DNA of 64,000 bases from Squalus acanthias (Eukaryota): assembly GCA_030390025.1 (NCBI GenBank), contig JASTWF010000336.1:434001-498000 (forward strand). Reading direction: 5' to 3'. Shown one piece after another: positions 1 to 12,059 of this stretch (positions within the stretch are counted from its first letter, which is position 1; every line of letters begins with the position of its first letter). The position numbers and the translations under genes are program-made. The notes beneath the pieces were generated by a model. The model was not told where the DNA came from. It saw only the letters and a list, made by a program, of their open reading frames with translations, and searched no databases.

Positions 1-1647
1 GGCAAGAGCTGGAGGCCAAAGTCACCGCTCGCCTAGGACGCTGGACAGGACTGCTCCGAGTGTTGTCCTACAGGGGTCGAGCGCTGGTCATAAACCAGCT
101 GGTGGCCGCCATGTTGTGGTACCGGTTGATCACTTTGATCCCTCCCCCTGCGTTTGTCGCCAAGATGCAGAAGAAGCTCGTCGACTTCTTCTGGGACAAA
201 AGGAAGCACTGGGTCTCTGCCGCGGTTTTGAGTCTCCCGCTTAGGGAGGGCGGTCAGGCGCTGGTGTGCCTTCGCACCCAGGCGGCGACTTTCCGTCTTC
301 AGACGCTGCAGAGATACCTGTACGTGGAGAATCCTCCTAGGTGGCGTGCGCTGGCGACGTATTTCTTCCGCCAGCTGCACGGCCTCAATTACGACACGCA
401 GCTCCTGTTTGTGAGAGTGGGTGGCACGCGTGCCAGCCTGCGGGAGCTGCCTGTCTTCTACCAGGAACTGCTATGGGTTTGGAACAGCGTCGCCTCCGAG
501 CGCAGTTCTCCCCCGTCAGGAGCGGCGGCCGTCCTTCGGGAGCCGCTGTTCAGGAATCCGCACCTCCACGACCGCGGGTTCGGCTGGCTGGCGGAGGGCA
601 GGGCTGTGCCCGGTAAGGTGACCAGAGTCGGGGACCTGCTCGATGGCGGAGGAGCGGGCTGGATGGCGCCGGAGGAGTTGGCGAGGCGCGTGTCCTGGGT
701 CAACGTCCGGCTCGCGGTCAAAGCCATCGAGTCGCTAAAAGTGGCACTGGGCCCCGTCTCCACTAGGTGTGTCGAGGAGGCTCAAGCACGTGGGGCGATC
801 CCGTCCGAACTGACCCCCGTTCGGACGGAATTCCTTATCGGCGCCCGGCCCCGAATCCTCCCTCGGGAGCCGCCGCCTCACCACTTGAGCCTTCTCGGAG
901 AAATGCCCTCCGTGCCCTTTCAATCCGCACGGAGGCGTTTCCTGTACGGGCTGCTCCTGCACACTCTCCACTTTGCCATCTTCGTCTGCCGTCCGGACAC
1001 GCCTTGGCGTACCATCCTGCCGTCCGGCGGAGGCGAAGGTCCCCATTGGAAGGCTCTCTACGCGGGAGTCTTCCCTTGTTCTATTGGGGACTTGGCCTGG
1101 AGGGTGTTGCACGGAGCAGTCCCGTGCAATAGGATTTTAAGTAGGTTTACGGACTCCCAGGGTGCTTGCCATTTCTGCGGCCTGGAGGAGTCCGTCTATC
1201 ACATTTATATTGAGTGTGAGAGGTTGCAGCCCCTCTTTCATTATTTGAAGGGGCTGCTCCTCAATTTCTGGTTGCACTTCAGCCCCACGCTCCTGATCTA
1301 CGGTCACCCGGTGCGGAGGGGAGCGGGTAGGTCGGAGGACCTCCTCGTTGGACTGCTCCTGGGCCTGGCCAAGAAAGCCATTAATTGGTCCAGGCAGCGG
1401 GCGGTCGAGGGGGTCGTTCGGCCCGATTGCCTGCCTCTCTTCCGCGGCCATGTTCGCGCCCGGGTGGCCCTGGAGATGGAGCACGCGGTGTCCGCCGGCA
1501 CGCTTGAGTTTTTCCGCGACCGGTGGGCGCCGCGGGGACTGGAGTGCATCGTCACCCCGGACTTCCAAATTTTGATTTGATTTGTTAAGTTTCATTTAAA
1601 GTTTTAATTGATTTACAGTAAATTTGTGTTTGTCCAACCAAAAAGAG
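1..1647 (+). mobile_element. Tx1-clade (L1-Tx1) non-LTR retrotransposon, 3' part of ORF2 (open from window edge to stop at 1580) plus short AT-rich 3' UTR ending AAAAGAG
   Basis: Uninterrupted ORF with post-RT motifs LSYRGRALVIN, FFW..KHWV, LPLREGGQ and C-terminal zinc knuckle CHFCGLEESVYHIYIEC typical of L1/Tx1 ORF2. Confidence 0.85.
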
Positions 1648-2210
1648 CAACACCAGGTTATAGTCCAACAGATTTATTTAATTTTACAAGCTTTCGAAGC
1701 AGTTCGCTCCTTCGTCACGTAAGTTAGCAATGAGAGAATCTCCCAGAATTCACAATTTAAACCCAGACAAAATCGATTCACATTATTCCCTACAACAAAG
1801 AGCACAGCCAAGACAATGAGTTGTGTCCCAGGGGGTCGAACGTGTCAAACCACCTGCTTGCTGCATATCCTGTCAATTTGTGTTCTTGTGTTAGTCTTTT
1901 TAAAAATAAACACCTGGGAAGACCGGCCATGATGTCAAGTCACGTTCTGTATCGTGACATGAACCCGATATCGCGATTGAGGCCATCCTCATGTGTGCGG
2001 AACTTGGCTATCAGTTCCTGCTCTATGATTTTGCGCTGTCGTGTATCTCGAAGGCAGCCTTGGCATCTCCACATCAGGTGAAGTAGGAAGGGGCGATCGA
2101 TAGCTCCGAAAGCTTGTGATTTCAAATAAAACTGTTGGTCTATAACCTGATGTTGTGCGACCTCTCAATTTTTTTGTCCACCCCAGTCCAACACCGGCAT
2201 CTCCGCATCA
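1648..2210. mobile_element. Penelope-like element remnant: inverted terminal (pLTR) piece with GIY-YIG C-terminus, followed by a forward terminal piece
   Basis: 1648-2063 matches 20773-21203; it encodes RDTRQRKIIEQELIAKFRTHEDGLNRDIGFMSRYRT on the minus strand; 2087-2210 matches the 3' terminus 23117-23236 of the larger element. Confidence 0.85.
1684..1722 (-). ncRNA. Degenerate minimal hammerhead ribozyme (core CUGA mutated to GUGA)
   Basis: Minus strand reads ttac-GTGACGA-A-GGAGC-gaact-GCTTC-GAAA-GCTT-gtaa; same layout as the intact copy at 23108-23149. Confidence 0.55.
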
Positions 2211-2212
2211 TT

Positions 2213-2227
2213 CTTGGTCCTGGCCAT
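2213..2227 (-). pseudogene. H3: Histone H3 5' stub (codons MARTK) cut by retroelement insertion; upstream promoter retained to ~2430
   Basis: ATG GCC AGG ACC AAG on the minus strand; 5' flank 2228-3290 is nearly identical to the flank of the intact H3 at 43573-44640. Confidence 0.8.
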
Positions 2228-3294
2228 TTTCTGAACTGATCTCAACACAATCTGGAACACACGAACTGTTTGTGCGGAATCTGCTCTGTGTGTGTCCGCC
2301 TTGTTATACCCAGTGCGGGACCGCCCCGAGCACTGATTGGCTGGAGGACGCCGCCCACTCATTTGAAACCCAACTCTGACCAGTCAATGAAACGCTGGAA
2401 ACTCAGGCCCCGATTGGCTGAGCTGTGATTAATCGCCCATTTCAAAAAGTCCGCCAATTTTAGTGCAGGAAATAACCGTTTTGAGACGAATCGATTTTAT
2501 TCTGCACATATTGAAATGATCATTACCAGAATCATTGAACGTTTTAAATGTAACTTCATCAGCTTGGTGCTTTAGGCCCTTCCCATTGCCTGCACTCTGG
2601 GCTGTTGATGCTGAGAGGAGCGGGGAAAGGGACCCGTGCCAATCTCCCGCTCTATTCCTCTCCCTCTCCTCTCCAGCCCATTCAGACTTTCCCTCCGCCC
2701 GTCCGATTGTGACGTTAGCCGCCGCTTTCAAGGGAGAGGATCAGAAATCAGTCGCTTCTCTCTGACCCCGTGGAGCCTGTGAGAAGGGCTTGGCCAATAA
2801 TCTGTCATTCGGTAACTGTGCAGTGAGCGATATGATACTCGGCACATTTTAGATTGCTGAGTGGAGACGTTTTGCCTCCTGTTACAGATAAGAGGCTGAC
2901 AAATTAAACCTGTTCGTGGAACAGCGCCAGGAATGTGTGACGGTGAACCGAGAATAACAGAACGAAAGGCCCGAGATTTTAAAATCGTTCCCTGGAAATT
3001 AGACTTTCGATTAATTCGCTTCATTCCGGCACTGGAATTGCCGGGCTTTTGCAAATACAAAAAAAATCAAACATTTTGCCAGGTCGACAATTTCAACCAA
3101 TGATGTGCATATTTTCTAATCTGCGGCTCTGGGATTGGTTCAGAAATGGGATTGTGACGCGGACCGCCAATCATAAGTAAACTCGGGTTAGAGCGGGCTC
3201 AAAAACTGCGGTAATTTCAGATCCCCGAATAACTGAGCTGAAATTGTTCAATTTCACAAACCTTGTCAGTATCAGTGCCGGACATGACCGTCAG

Positions 3295-4928
3295 TGTAGA
3301 GTTTCGCAATTATCGCGATTCAAATAAGACGAGAGAAACAGTACAATTCGATTGATCATTTTTATTAAACGGAATGCTGTCCTGATAATAAAGGACACAG
3401 AAGCCTGTAAAATGGCCGCCGCGCATCGTGGCAGAAGCTTCCAGAAACACAGTGGGCAGACAAGATGGCGTCGAATATACATTCGATATGAGATCATACT
3501 CGGTACACATTGAAAAGACAGGATGCAACCCGTTTGCATTTTTGAACTAAGCAATGAGATAAGTGCTGGAATCGCTTTACACGCACAATAAGTATCGCTG
3601 AACTAAGCCATCAAAAACCCATCCAGACACATCAATACACAAATACCCCCCCGGCTCTACAATGAGAGAGACATTGACGGGTGATTAAACCAGTATTCGG
3701 GGGGGGCCCCAAAACCAGTCGAGGAGACGATTCAGACCCACCCTGGCTGGTTCAACAATGGTAAAGACATTAACGGATAGTTGGCCAATTTCAGGTGTTA
3801 CCGAAAACCGTTAAGAAGATAATCGCCCCATGCTGGGAGTTTTGGGCGCTAAAATCACACAAAGGATAACATTTAGATTTGAGTGGGAGATAAGGCCGAC
3901 AAAACAGTATAACTATAGAGGACAAATGTCCATCGGTCTCTTGACTCTCTTGACTCTTGGCCTGACTACTGATTCTCTGCTCTGGACTCTTGACGGTTTT
4001 GCTGGTGACGTCGGACTCTTTGCGGGTCTCTTCCCCGCTCGCTGGTTCCTTCAGCGGAGCAAGTGTTGGGTGGAGCTCGATCGGAACGAGTCACCTCGAC
4101 AGGGCAGGTACCGGGGTGCACCATCCCGAGTCTCGGTAAACGGTGGCCGGACCCGGAGGCCCGAGTCATCAAGAAGAAAGACGAGAAGAAATTCCACGTG
4201 CCGCCGCGGTCAGTAAACCCCGACCGTGCCCGAAAGTAATACAGGAAGATTCTTCTTTGAATTCTAAGATGGTCTGTGTCCAAAGAACCACTTCATAACA
4301 TCAGGGAGTCTGGCTTACCCTCCGGCTCTTTGAGCAGGTAGCCTGAGCCACCCGCAACGAACTTTACCGGGGGCCGCCCCAAGTGGACCCATTCGCAGCA
4401 GCGAGCGTAAACAAGTGGGGTGCAGAAACTCTTACAGCCCGCAGCGGAGTGAGCCGAGAGCCTCATTTTAAATTTCCAAAGTAAACCGAGTGGTGAGCAT
4501 GTTTCCCGATCCTACAAATCCAGACGTAGTTTAGGTATTGTTAAGGGAGGGTGGTTTTTAATAAGGTTAAGGTATAATGTGTTCCCCTTTTTACGACGTG
4601 CCGTGTGTTCTCAATTTCCCTAGACCAAGTTTTATGAACGTGTGTATACTGGTACTCTCTTTGATCTGTGCCTACGATATGTATTTCATGATTTTAGACG
4701 CCATGCAATAAAGACATCCGTTTCATGATATTCAACCAGGTCTTTGTGAGTCTTTTCTCTGCATTACTGCTCCTTGCATCTAAGTCCAGCTGTCAGAACC
4801 GTAGGGGCGAGTGGGTCGAACCACTCACAGGTGCTTATTGTCAAAGGCTGGCCGGAGACCAGAGCAAACAATAATACAGGCAACGAAAGCCTCACCTCGC
4901 ACCAGTCCCAGAGACAAAACCCCTTACA
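3295..4928 (+). mobile_element. Solo LTR (1634 bp) with 4-bp TSD TCAG
   Basis: Starts TGTA and ends TACA; TCAG at 3291-3294 and 4929-4932; AATAAA at 4707 suggests + orientation; absent from the paralogous site at ~44639-44642. Confidence 0.8.
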
Positions 4929-5245
4929 TCAGGCGGGAAATAATTCACAAGTTGGACTCTTTTCAGTGACCCATTCAACGGCTCCTGCCCGACCAGCCAG
5001 ATAATTATTATAGAATAACACAATGAACAAATGTGATGTGATGCGATTTTTCACAGAGAGGGAGCATCTGCCGTCTGGGGAAAAACTCTCAATAAATCTG
5101 GTGCAACAGAAAGCGAAATTCAGATTCCAAAATTCAGAACACAGCGCAAATCCGTTACTAATATTTTTGACCACAATCTATTTTTGAGCACAATCTACCC
5201 CAGCTCCCGTTCCCAGGTCACTGCTCTCTCTGTGAGGCGGTGGGT

Positions 5246-5261
5246 GGCTCTTAAAAGAGCC
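5246..5261 (-). terminator. Histone mRNA 3' stem-loop (H4)
   Basis: GGCTCTTTTAAGAGCC followed by ACCCA and a purine-rich HDE. Confidence 0.95.
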
Positions 5262-5295
5262 TTTGTGTTGTGTTTGGTGGAAAGAGTCGAGTTGT

Positions 5296-5616
<321 letters not shown>

Positions 5617-6455
5617 TCACTCAAACTTCTGCTGAATGAGAAACGGACTGCTTCTGGCTGCTCTTATATACAGCCGACTCCGACCTGACTGAGAAAGCGC
5701 AGAGTGAGAGAGGCGGGGAGGGGAGGAGACAGAGTGAGAGATTAAACAGAGAGAGCGGGAGGGGAGGAGACAGTTTCAAGAGTGACAGACAGAGCAGACA
5801 GCGGCCTCTGATCTTCCAGCTGCAGCTCCAGCTTTCTCCAACCGCCAATTTTAAACCGTTTATCGACAATAGAATCGAAACCCAGCGCTCCGCACAAACC
5901 CTTACAAACTCGGACTTCATATTCAAGGGTTTCCTGAAACCAGAATCTTTTAAATAACCTCGCGTTACAATTAACAATCAGTAATATTCCCGCCGATATA
6001 CAGTCCCTTCTATCACAAGTCAACCCGTCTCCTTCCATGTCAATCTCTGCCCTTATTCCATCTTCCCACACTGCCCTCACAGACGGGTTCAGCAGTTTAC
6101 AATCACCTTATTCCAGGTGATTTGGAGAATCTCATGTGTTGGGGTTTGAGTTGTGACGCGGGGTATCTCCGCCAGTGTCACCGTCTCACAGAGACTCTCA
6201 TCCTGAACCTGTGAACTGAAAATGACCATTAACTGAGACTGGAGCCGAACACCCCCCCAGTTAGAGTGAGGCCCGGCCCGGACATATCATCTCTGATTTA
6301 TTGCAGACACTGGGGGAGGGGTGGGTGCAGCGAATGTCAGCGAGTCACCAGGGAGCCGGGGTTCATTTGAAATGATTTCAATCGGGAGTCTGAGCCCGGA
6401 CCCGGGACATGGATCATTTGATTCCGCGATCAGCTCTTTTTGGAAAGACTTGGGC

Positions 6456-6471
6456 GGCTCTGAAAAGAGCC
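6456..6471 (-). terminator. Histone mRNA 3' stem-loop (H1)
   Basis: GGCTCTTTTCAGAGCC plus HDE AAAAGAGCTG at 6431-6440. Confidence 0.95.
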
Positions 6472-6502
6472 TTTGGGTTCAGATGTTTACAAGTTGTCCT
6501 TT

Positions 6503-7147
6503 TTACTTTCTTTTGGTCGCTGCTTTCTGAGACTTTGCTGATTTGGGCTTGGCCTTCGGTTTTTCCACCTTCTTGGCCGCCTTCACCATTCCGCCTGTGG
6601 TCTTCTTGGGGCTCTTGGGCTTCTTCGCCGCAACCTTCTTCTTCCCAGCCGCCACTTTCGCTGACTTTTTTGATGTTGGCGCCTTCTTGGCGATCGTTTT
6701 CTTGGCTGGAGATTTCTTGGCTGCTGGTTTCTTGGCTGGAGATTTCTTGGCTGCTGGTTTCTTTACTGCAGATTTCTTGGCTGCCGGTTTCCTCACCTTC
6801 TTTCCCTCTTTCGGTTGGGATTCCTTCTTAGCGAGCCTGAAGGAGCCCGCGGCGCCCGTGCCCTTGGTCTGCTCCAGGGAGCCACTTCCCACTTTCCTCT
6901 TGATACTTAAAATGATCTGGGACCGGAACTTCTTCACATCGACGCCGTTGGCATCCAGAGCCTTCTTTATTGCGGCCAGCGACATCCCCTTGCGACCGCT
7001 GCCACTCGCCACAACCTTGAGGATCTGCTCGCCCAACGTGGGACCGGCTGCCTTGGAGCGAGGAGCCACCTTCTTCTTCTTGCTGGGAGACTTGGTTTGA
7101 GCGACGGCGGCAGGAGGAGCCGTTTCGGCGATTGCAGTCTCAGCCAT
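6503..7147 (-). CDS. H1: Histone H1 (214 aa)
   Basis: MAETAIAETAP N-terminus, globular domain ending [16 protein letters not shown]-rich tail with SPAK/SPKK motifs; true ATG at 7147, downstream of the TATA-like element. Confidence 0.95.
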   Translation of the reverse strand: MAETAIAETAPPAAVAQTKSPSKKKKVAPRSKAAGPTLGEQILKVVASGSGRKGMSLAAIKKALDANGVDVKKFRSQIILSIKRKVGSGSLEQTKGTGAAGSFRLAKKESQPKEGKKVRKPAAKKSAVKKPAAKKSPAKKPAAKKSPAKKTIAKKAPTSKKSAKVAAGKKKVAAKKPKSPKKTTGGMVKAAKKVEKPKAKPKSAKSQKAATKRK

Positions 7148-7223
7148 GTCCGCGACTCTGTAGAAAATCTCTCTAACAGTCAGAGCTGGGTCAGAAATGA
7201 AACGAGAGGCGGCGACACAGAGC

Positions 7224-7298
7224 AACTTAAAGGCAGCGAGCGGACGGGGCGGAGACATCCTGCTGTCAGCTCCCGGCCCCTCCAGCCTCTCTGTGTTT
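7224..7298 (-). promoter_or_regulatory. H1 promoter: TATA-like TTTAAG, GC box, H1 AC-box AAACACA (7292-7298)
   Basis: Motifs seen directly and conserved in the paralog upstream of 46824. Confidence 0.7.
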
Positions 7299-8489
7299 CT
7301 CTCTCCTCATTAACTCTCCGATTCCAATTAAACTCGGGCACTCCAGATTCCCAGACTGGCCTCTTTCTGTCTCGAAGACCGGGATGTTTGCCTGCGAGAA
7401 AGTTTCATCAGAATTCAAGGCAGCAATTTCGATTTAAAGCCGTTTCATTGCTGCACTGATCGCACACTCTCACCCGATCGCGGAAATATTCGCTGTTTTT
7501 CGGCTAAAATTTGAAATCAAATAAAACTTCACGTTTAATTCCCACTTCAGGGCTGAGCAGGGGGGCAGGGCGACTCTATGACAGTGAAATCTTTGAATTT
7601 TACACAAGAGGGTCTCTGAAATCCGGCGATGAGAGCGGACACACAAACACAGTGACATTAGTCTAACCCGCCCGCTCCTTTAACACACTCTCGCTGACAC
7701 AATGTTCACTCTGCTCATTCACAACACAATCTGCTCCCAGATTTACAGTTCCCGGGACAGGTTTTCCTCTCCGCTCGGCCTGTGCTGCCGATTCTCGGGG
7801 TTAGTTGGAGTTTCTCAGCTCAGTCAGTGTTAAACACTTTGAAGCCGGCGCCCCTCACAGTGTCTGTTCCCCAGATTCAGGGGCAGGAGCCAATCACAGC
7901 TCTGGCTGTGTTCACTCATATCTGCTTTCAAGTTATTATATTGTTCGCAGGCAGAAATAGGTTTGATTTATATGAAAATAGAAATGATGAGCTCACCGCC
8001 CCTCTAGCCTCTCTCTGTCTCTCTCTCCTCCGAAACTGAGGAACAGAACAGAGAAAATGGTGTCCTGTGCATTCCATTCTCAACACCCAGAGACAGCAAC
8101 CAGAGAGAGAGACAGACAGCAACCAGAGAGAATATCAGTCTTAAACTTCGTACTCTGAGCCACGCGTTCCACGCACTCTCTGTTGCCGAGATTTAGGGGC
8201 AGGAATGTGTCACAGTTTGGCTGTGTTGATCCTAGCCTGCTTTTAGATTATAGTATTATTCACAGAAATAGTGAGACATTGTGTTCACCACACATGCCCT
8301 GAACTCGGTCTCAATAGACCGAAAACTGAGAGGTTAAGCATCTATCCAGATATAACAGGCAGGGCTGGGGGATAGAGGGACTGAGGATTGATCCTGTACA
8401 CAAGGCACAGAGACAGACATAGGGGATGACAGTCGCACAGGCCCAGGAACTTGTCTGGTATCTGTCGCCTACTCATATCAAGGATATTT

Positions 8490-11400
8490 CAGATGAATAC
8501 GTGGCTAGAGGAATGGTGCAAGGGGGAGGGATTCAAATTCCTGGGACATTGGAACCGGTTCTGGGGGAGGTGGGACCAGTACAAACCGGACAGTTTGCAC
8601 CTGAGCAGGACCGGGACCGATGTCCTAGGTGGAGTGTTTGCTAGTGCTCTGGGGGAGGATTTAAAGTAAAATAGCAGGGGGTTGGGAATCTGAGCAGGGA
8701 GACAGAGAAAAGGGAAACAAGGATAGAAGCAAAAGATAGGAAGGAGAAAAACAAAGGTGGCAGTCAGAGAAATCAAGGGTTTAAATCAAACATGGCCACA
8801 GTAAATAATAATTCGAAAAGGTCTAAGAGCATTAAAAAAACAAGCCTGAAGGCTTTGTGTCTTTATGCGAGGAGCATTCGTAATAAGGTGGATGAATTAG
8901 CTGCGCAAATAGAGGTAAATGAATATGATATGATTGGGATTACGGAAACATGGCTCCAGGGTGACCAAGGCTGGAAACTCAACATCCAGGGGTATTCAAT
9001 ATTCAGGAAAGATAGGCAAAAAGGAAAAGGAGGTGGGGTAGCATTGCTGGTTAAAGAGGGGATTCACACAATTGTAAGGAAGGATATTAGCTCTGATGAT
9101 GTGGAATCTGTATGGGTAGAACTGAGAAATACCAAGGGGCAGAAAACGTTAGTGGGAGTGGTATACAGACCCCCAAACAGTAATGCGGAGGTTGGGGATG
9201 GCATTAAAAGGGAAATTAGAGAAGCGTGCAATAATGGCACAGCAGTTATCATGGGTGACTTTAATTTACATATAGATTGGGCTAACCAAATTAGTAACAG
9301 TACTGTGGAGGAGGAATTCCTGGAGTGTATACGGGATGGTTTCCTGGACCAATATGTCGAGGAACCAACTAGAGATCAGGCCATCTTAGACTGGGTATTA
9401 TGTAATGAGAAAGGATTAATTAGCAATCTTGTTGTGCGAGGCCCCTTGGGTCGGAGCGATCATAATGATAGAATTCTTCATTAAAATGGAGAGTGAAGTA
9501 GTTGACTCGGAGACTAGGGTCCTGAATTTAAATAAAGGAAACTACGATGGTATGAGGCGCGAGTTGAGTAGGATTGATTGGGGAATGTTACTCAAAGGGC
9601 TGACGGTGGATAGGCAATGGCAAACATTCAAAGATCGCATGGATGAACTGCAGAATTTGTTCATCCCAGTTTGGCATAAAAATAAAACAAAAAAGGTGAC
9701 TCAACCGTGGCTAACAAGGGAAATTTGGAATAGCATAAGATCCAAGGAGAGGACATATAAATTGGCCAGAAAAAGCAGTAAACCTGAGGATTGGGAGCAG
9801 TTTAGGATTCAGCAAAGGAGGACAAAGGGATTAATTAAGAGGGGGAAAATAGAGTATGAGAGTAAACTTGCAGGGAACATAAAAACTGACTGTAAAAGCT
9901 TTTATAGATATGTGAAGATAAAAAGATTGGTGAAGTCAAATGTAGGTCCCTTGCAGTCAGAATCAGGTGAATTTATAATGGGGAACAAAGAAATGGCAGC
10001 CCAATTAAATACATACTTTGGTTCTGTCTTCACAAAGGAGGACATAAATAACCTCCCAGAGATGTCGGGGAATATAGGGTCTAATGAGAGGGAGGAACTG
10101 ATCGAAATCAGTATTTGTAGGGAAATGGTGTTAGCGAAATTGACGGGATTGAAGGCTGATAAATCCCCAGGGCCTGATAATCTACATCCTAGGGTACTTA
10201 AGGAAGTGGCCCTAGAAATAATAGATGCATTGCTGGTCATCTACCAAAATTCAATCGATTCTGGAACAGTACCCATGGATTGGAGGGTAGCTAATGTTAT
10301 CCCACTATTCAAAAAAGGTGGTAGAGAGAAAACGGGGAATTATAGACCGATAAGCCTGACATCAGTAGTGGGGAAAATGCTGGAGTCCATTATAAAAGAT
10401 GCAATAGCAGAGCACTTGGAAAACAGTGACAGGATCGGACAAAGTCAACATGGATTTACAAAAGGTAAATCATGCTTGACTAATCTACTGGAATTTTTTG
10501 AAGATGTAACTGGTAAAATAGATAAGGGAGAACCAGTGGATTTGGTGTATTTGGACTTTCAGAAGGCTTTCGATAAGGTCCCGCATAAGAGATTAGCGTG
10601 TAAAGTTAAGGCACATGGGATTGGGGGCAAGGTATTGACGTGGATAGAGAACTGGTTGGCAGACAGAAGGCAAAGAGTTGGAATAAACGGGTCTTTTTCC
10701 GAGTGGCAGGCAGTGACTAGTGGGGTTCTGCAGCGATTGGTCCTAGGACCCCAGCTATTCACAATATATATTAATGATCTAGACGAGGGAACGAGATATA
10801 ATATCTCCAAGTTTGCAGATGACGCAAAGCTGGGTGGGCGTGTGTGCTGTGAGAAGGATGCCAAAAAACTCCAGTATGATTTGGACAGGTTGGGTGATTG
10901 GGCAGAATCATGGCAGATGCATTATAATGTGGATAAATGCGAGGTTATCCACTTTGGTGTCAAAAACGGGAAGGCAGATTATTATCTGAATGGCAATAGA
11001 TTGGGAGAAGGGGAAGTGCAACGAGACCTGGGTGTCCTTGTGCACCAGTTGCTGAAGGTAAGCATGCAGGTGCAGCAGGCGGTTAAGAAGGCAAATGGTA
11101 TGTTGGCCTTCGTAGCGAGAGGGTTCGAATACAGGAACAAGGATGTCTTGCTGCAGTTGTACAGGGCCTTGGTGAGACCACACCTTGAGTATTGTGTGCA
11201 GTTTTGGTCGCCTTATCTGAGGAAGGATGTTCTTGCCATGGAGGGAGTGCAGCGAAGATTCACCAGGCTGATACCTGGGATGGCAGAATGACGTATGAGG
11301 AGAGATTGGGTCGATTGGGCTTATACTCGCTGGAGTTTAGAAGAATGAGAGGGGATCTCATTAAAACTTATAAAATTCTAACAGGACTAGACAGACTAGA

Positions 11401-11745
11401 TGCAGGAAGGATGTTCCTGATGGTCGGGGAGTCCAGAACCAGGGGTCACAGTCTAAAGATAAGGGGTAAGCCATTTAGGACAGAGATGAGGAGGAATTTC
11501 TTCACCCAGAGAGTGGTGAACCTGTGGAATTCTCCACCACAGAAGGCAGTGGAGGCCAATTCATTAAATATATTCAAGAAGGAGTTAGATATATTTCTTA
11601 AAGCTAAAGGGATCAAGGGATATGGGGAAAAGGCAGGGACAGGGTACTGAATTTGGATGATCAGTCATGATCTCATTGAATGGCGGAGCAGGCTCGAGGG
11701 GCCGAATGGCCTACTCCTGCTCCTATCTTCTATGTTTCTATGTTT
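8490..11745 (+). mobile_element. CR1 LINE, 5'-truncated: ORF1 end, ORF2 (APE endonuclease + RT) with two frameshifts, 3' UTR and (TTCTATGT)n tail
   Basis: GITETWL, GVVYRPP, MGDFN, SDH endonuclease motifs (8792-9484); NYRPISLTS, YLDFQKAFD, FADD RT motifs (9429-11291); typical CR1 3' end. Confidence 0.95.
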
Positions 11746-11939
11746 CACCCAGCGGGGAGAGGCAGAGACTGATTAAACTCTCCACTCACCAGCACTTCAG
11801 TGTCAGAGATTCAAAAAGCCTGTTCCTCTCCATCCTTCCATACAGTATTGGGGAAACAAATTGCTCTCAGGGACAGGATTCGCGTCGTTCTCACACTCAC
11901 TGGCAGCAACTGACGTGTGTCCAGAGTGGCTTTCTCCTC

Positions 11940-12059
11940 TCCTAATATCTCCTTATCTGTCTCGGTGTCAATGTTTCTTTGATAACGCTCCTGTCAAGCT
12001 CATTGGGACGATTGATTCCCTTAAAAGCGCTATATAAATTCAAGTTCTTGTTGTTGTTG
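11940..12059 (+). mobile_element. L2-type LINE 3' tail fragment
   Basis: GATAACGCTCCTGT...GCGCTATATAAATTCAAGTT(GTT)n resembles vertebrate L2 3' ends. Confidence 0.6.

Noticed and set aside
2077..2120. Hammerhead at the forward Penelope terminus
   Set aside because: CUGANGA core is missing; only stem II and GAAAGCTT remain
3830..4283. ORFs inside the LTR
   Set aside because: No recognisable domain; overlap low-complexity GACTCT repeats
7148..7258. N-terminal extensions of H1 (and of H2B 29074, H3 43605, H1 46935) in the ORF track
   Set aside because: They start upstream of or within promoter/5' UTR sequence; the canonical histone ATGs lie downstream
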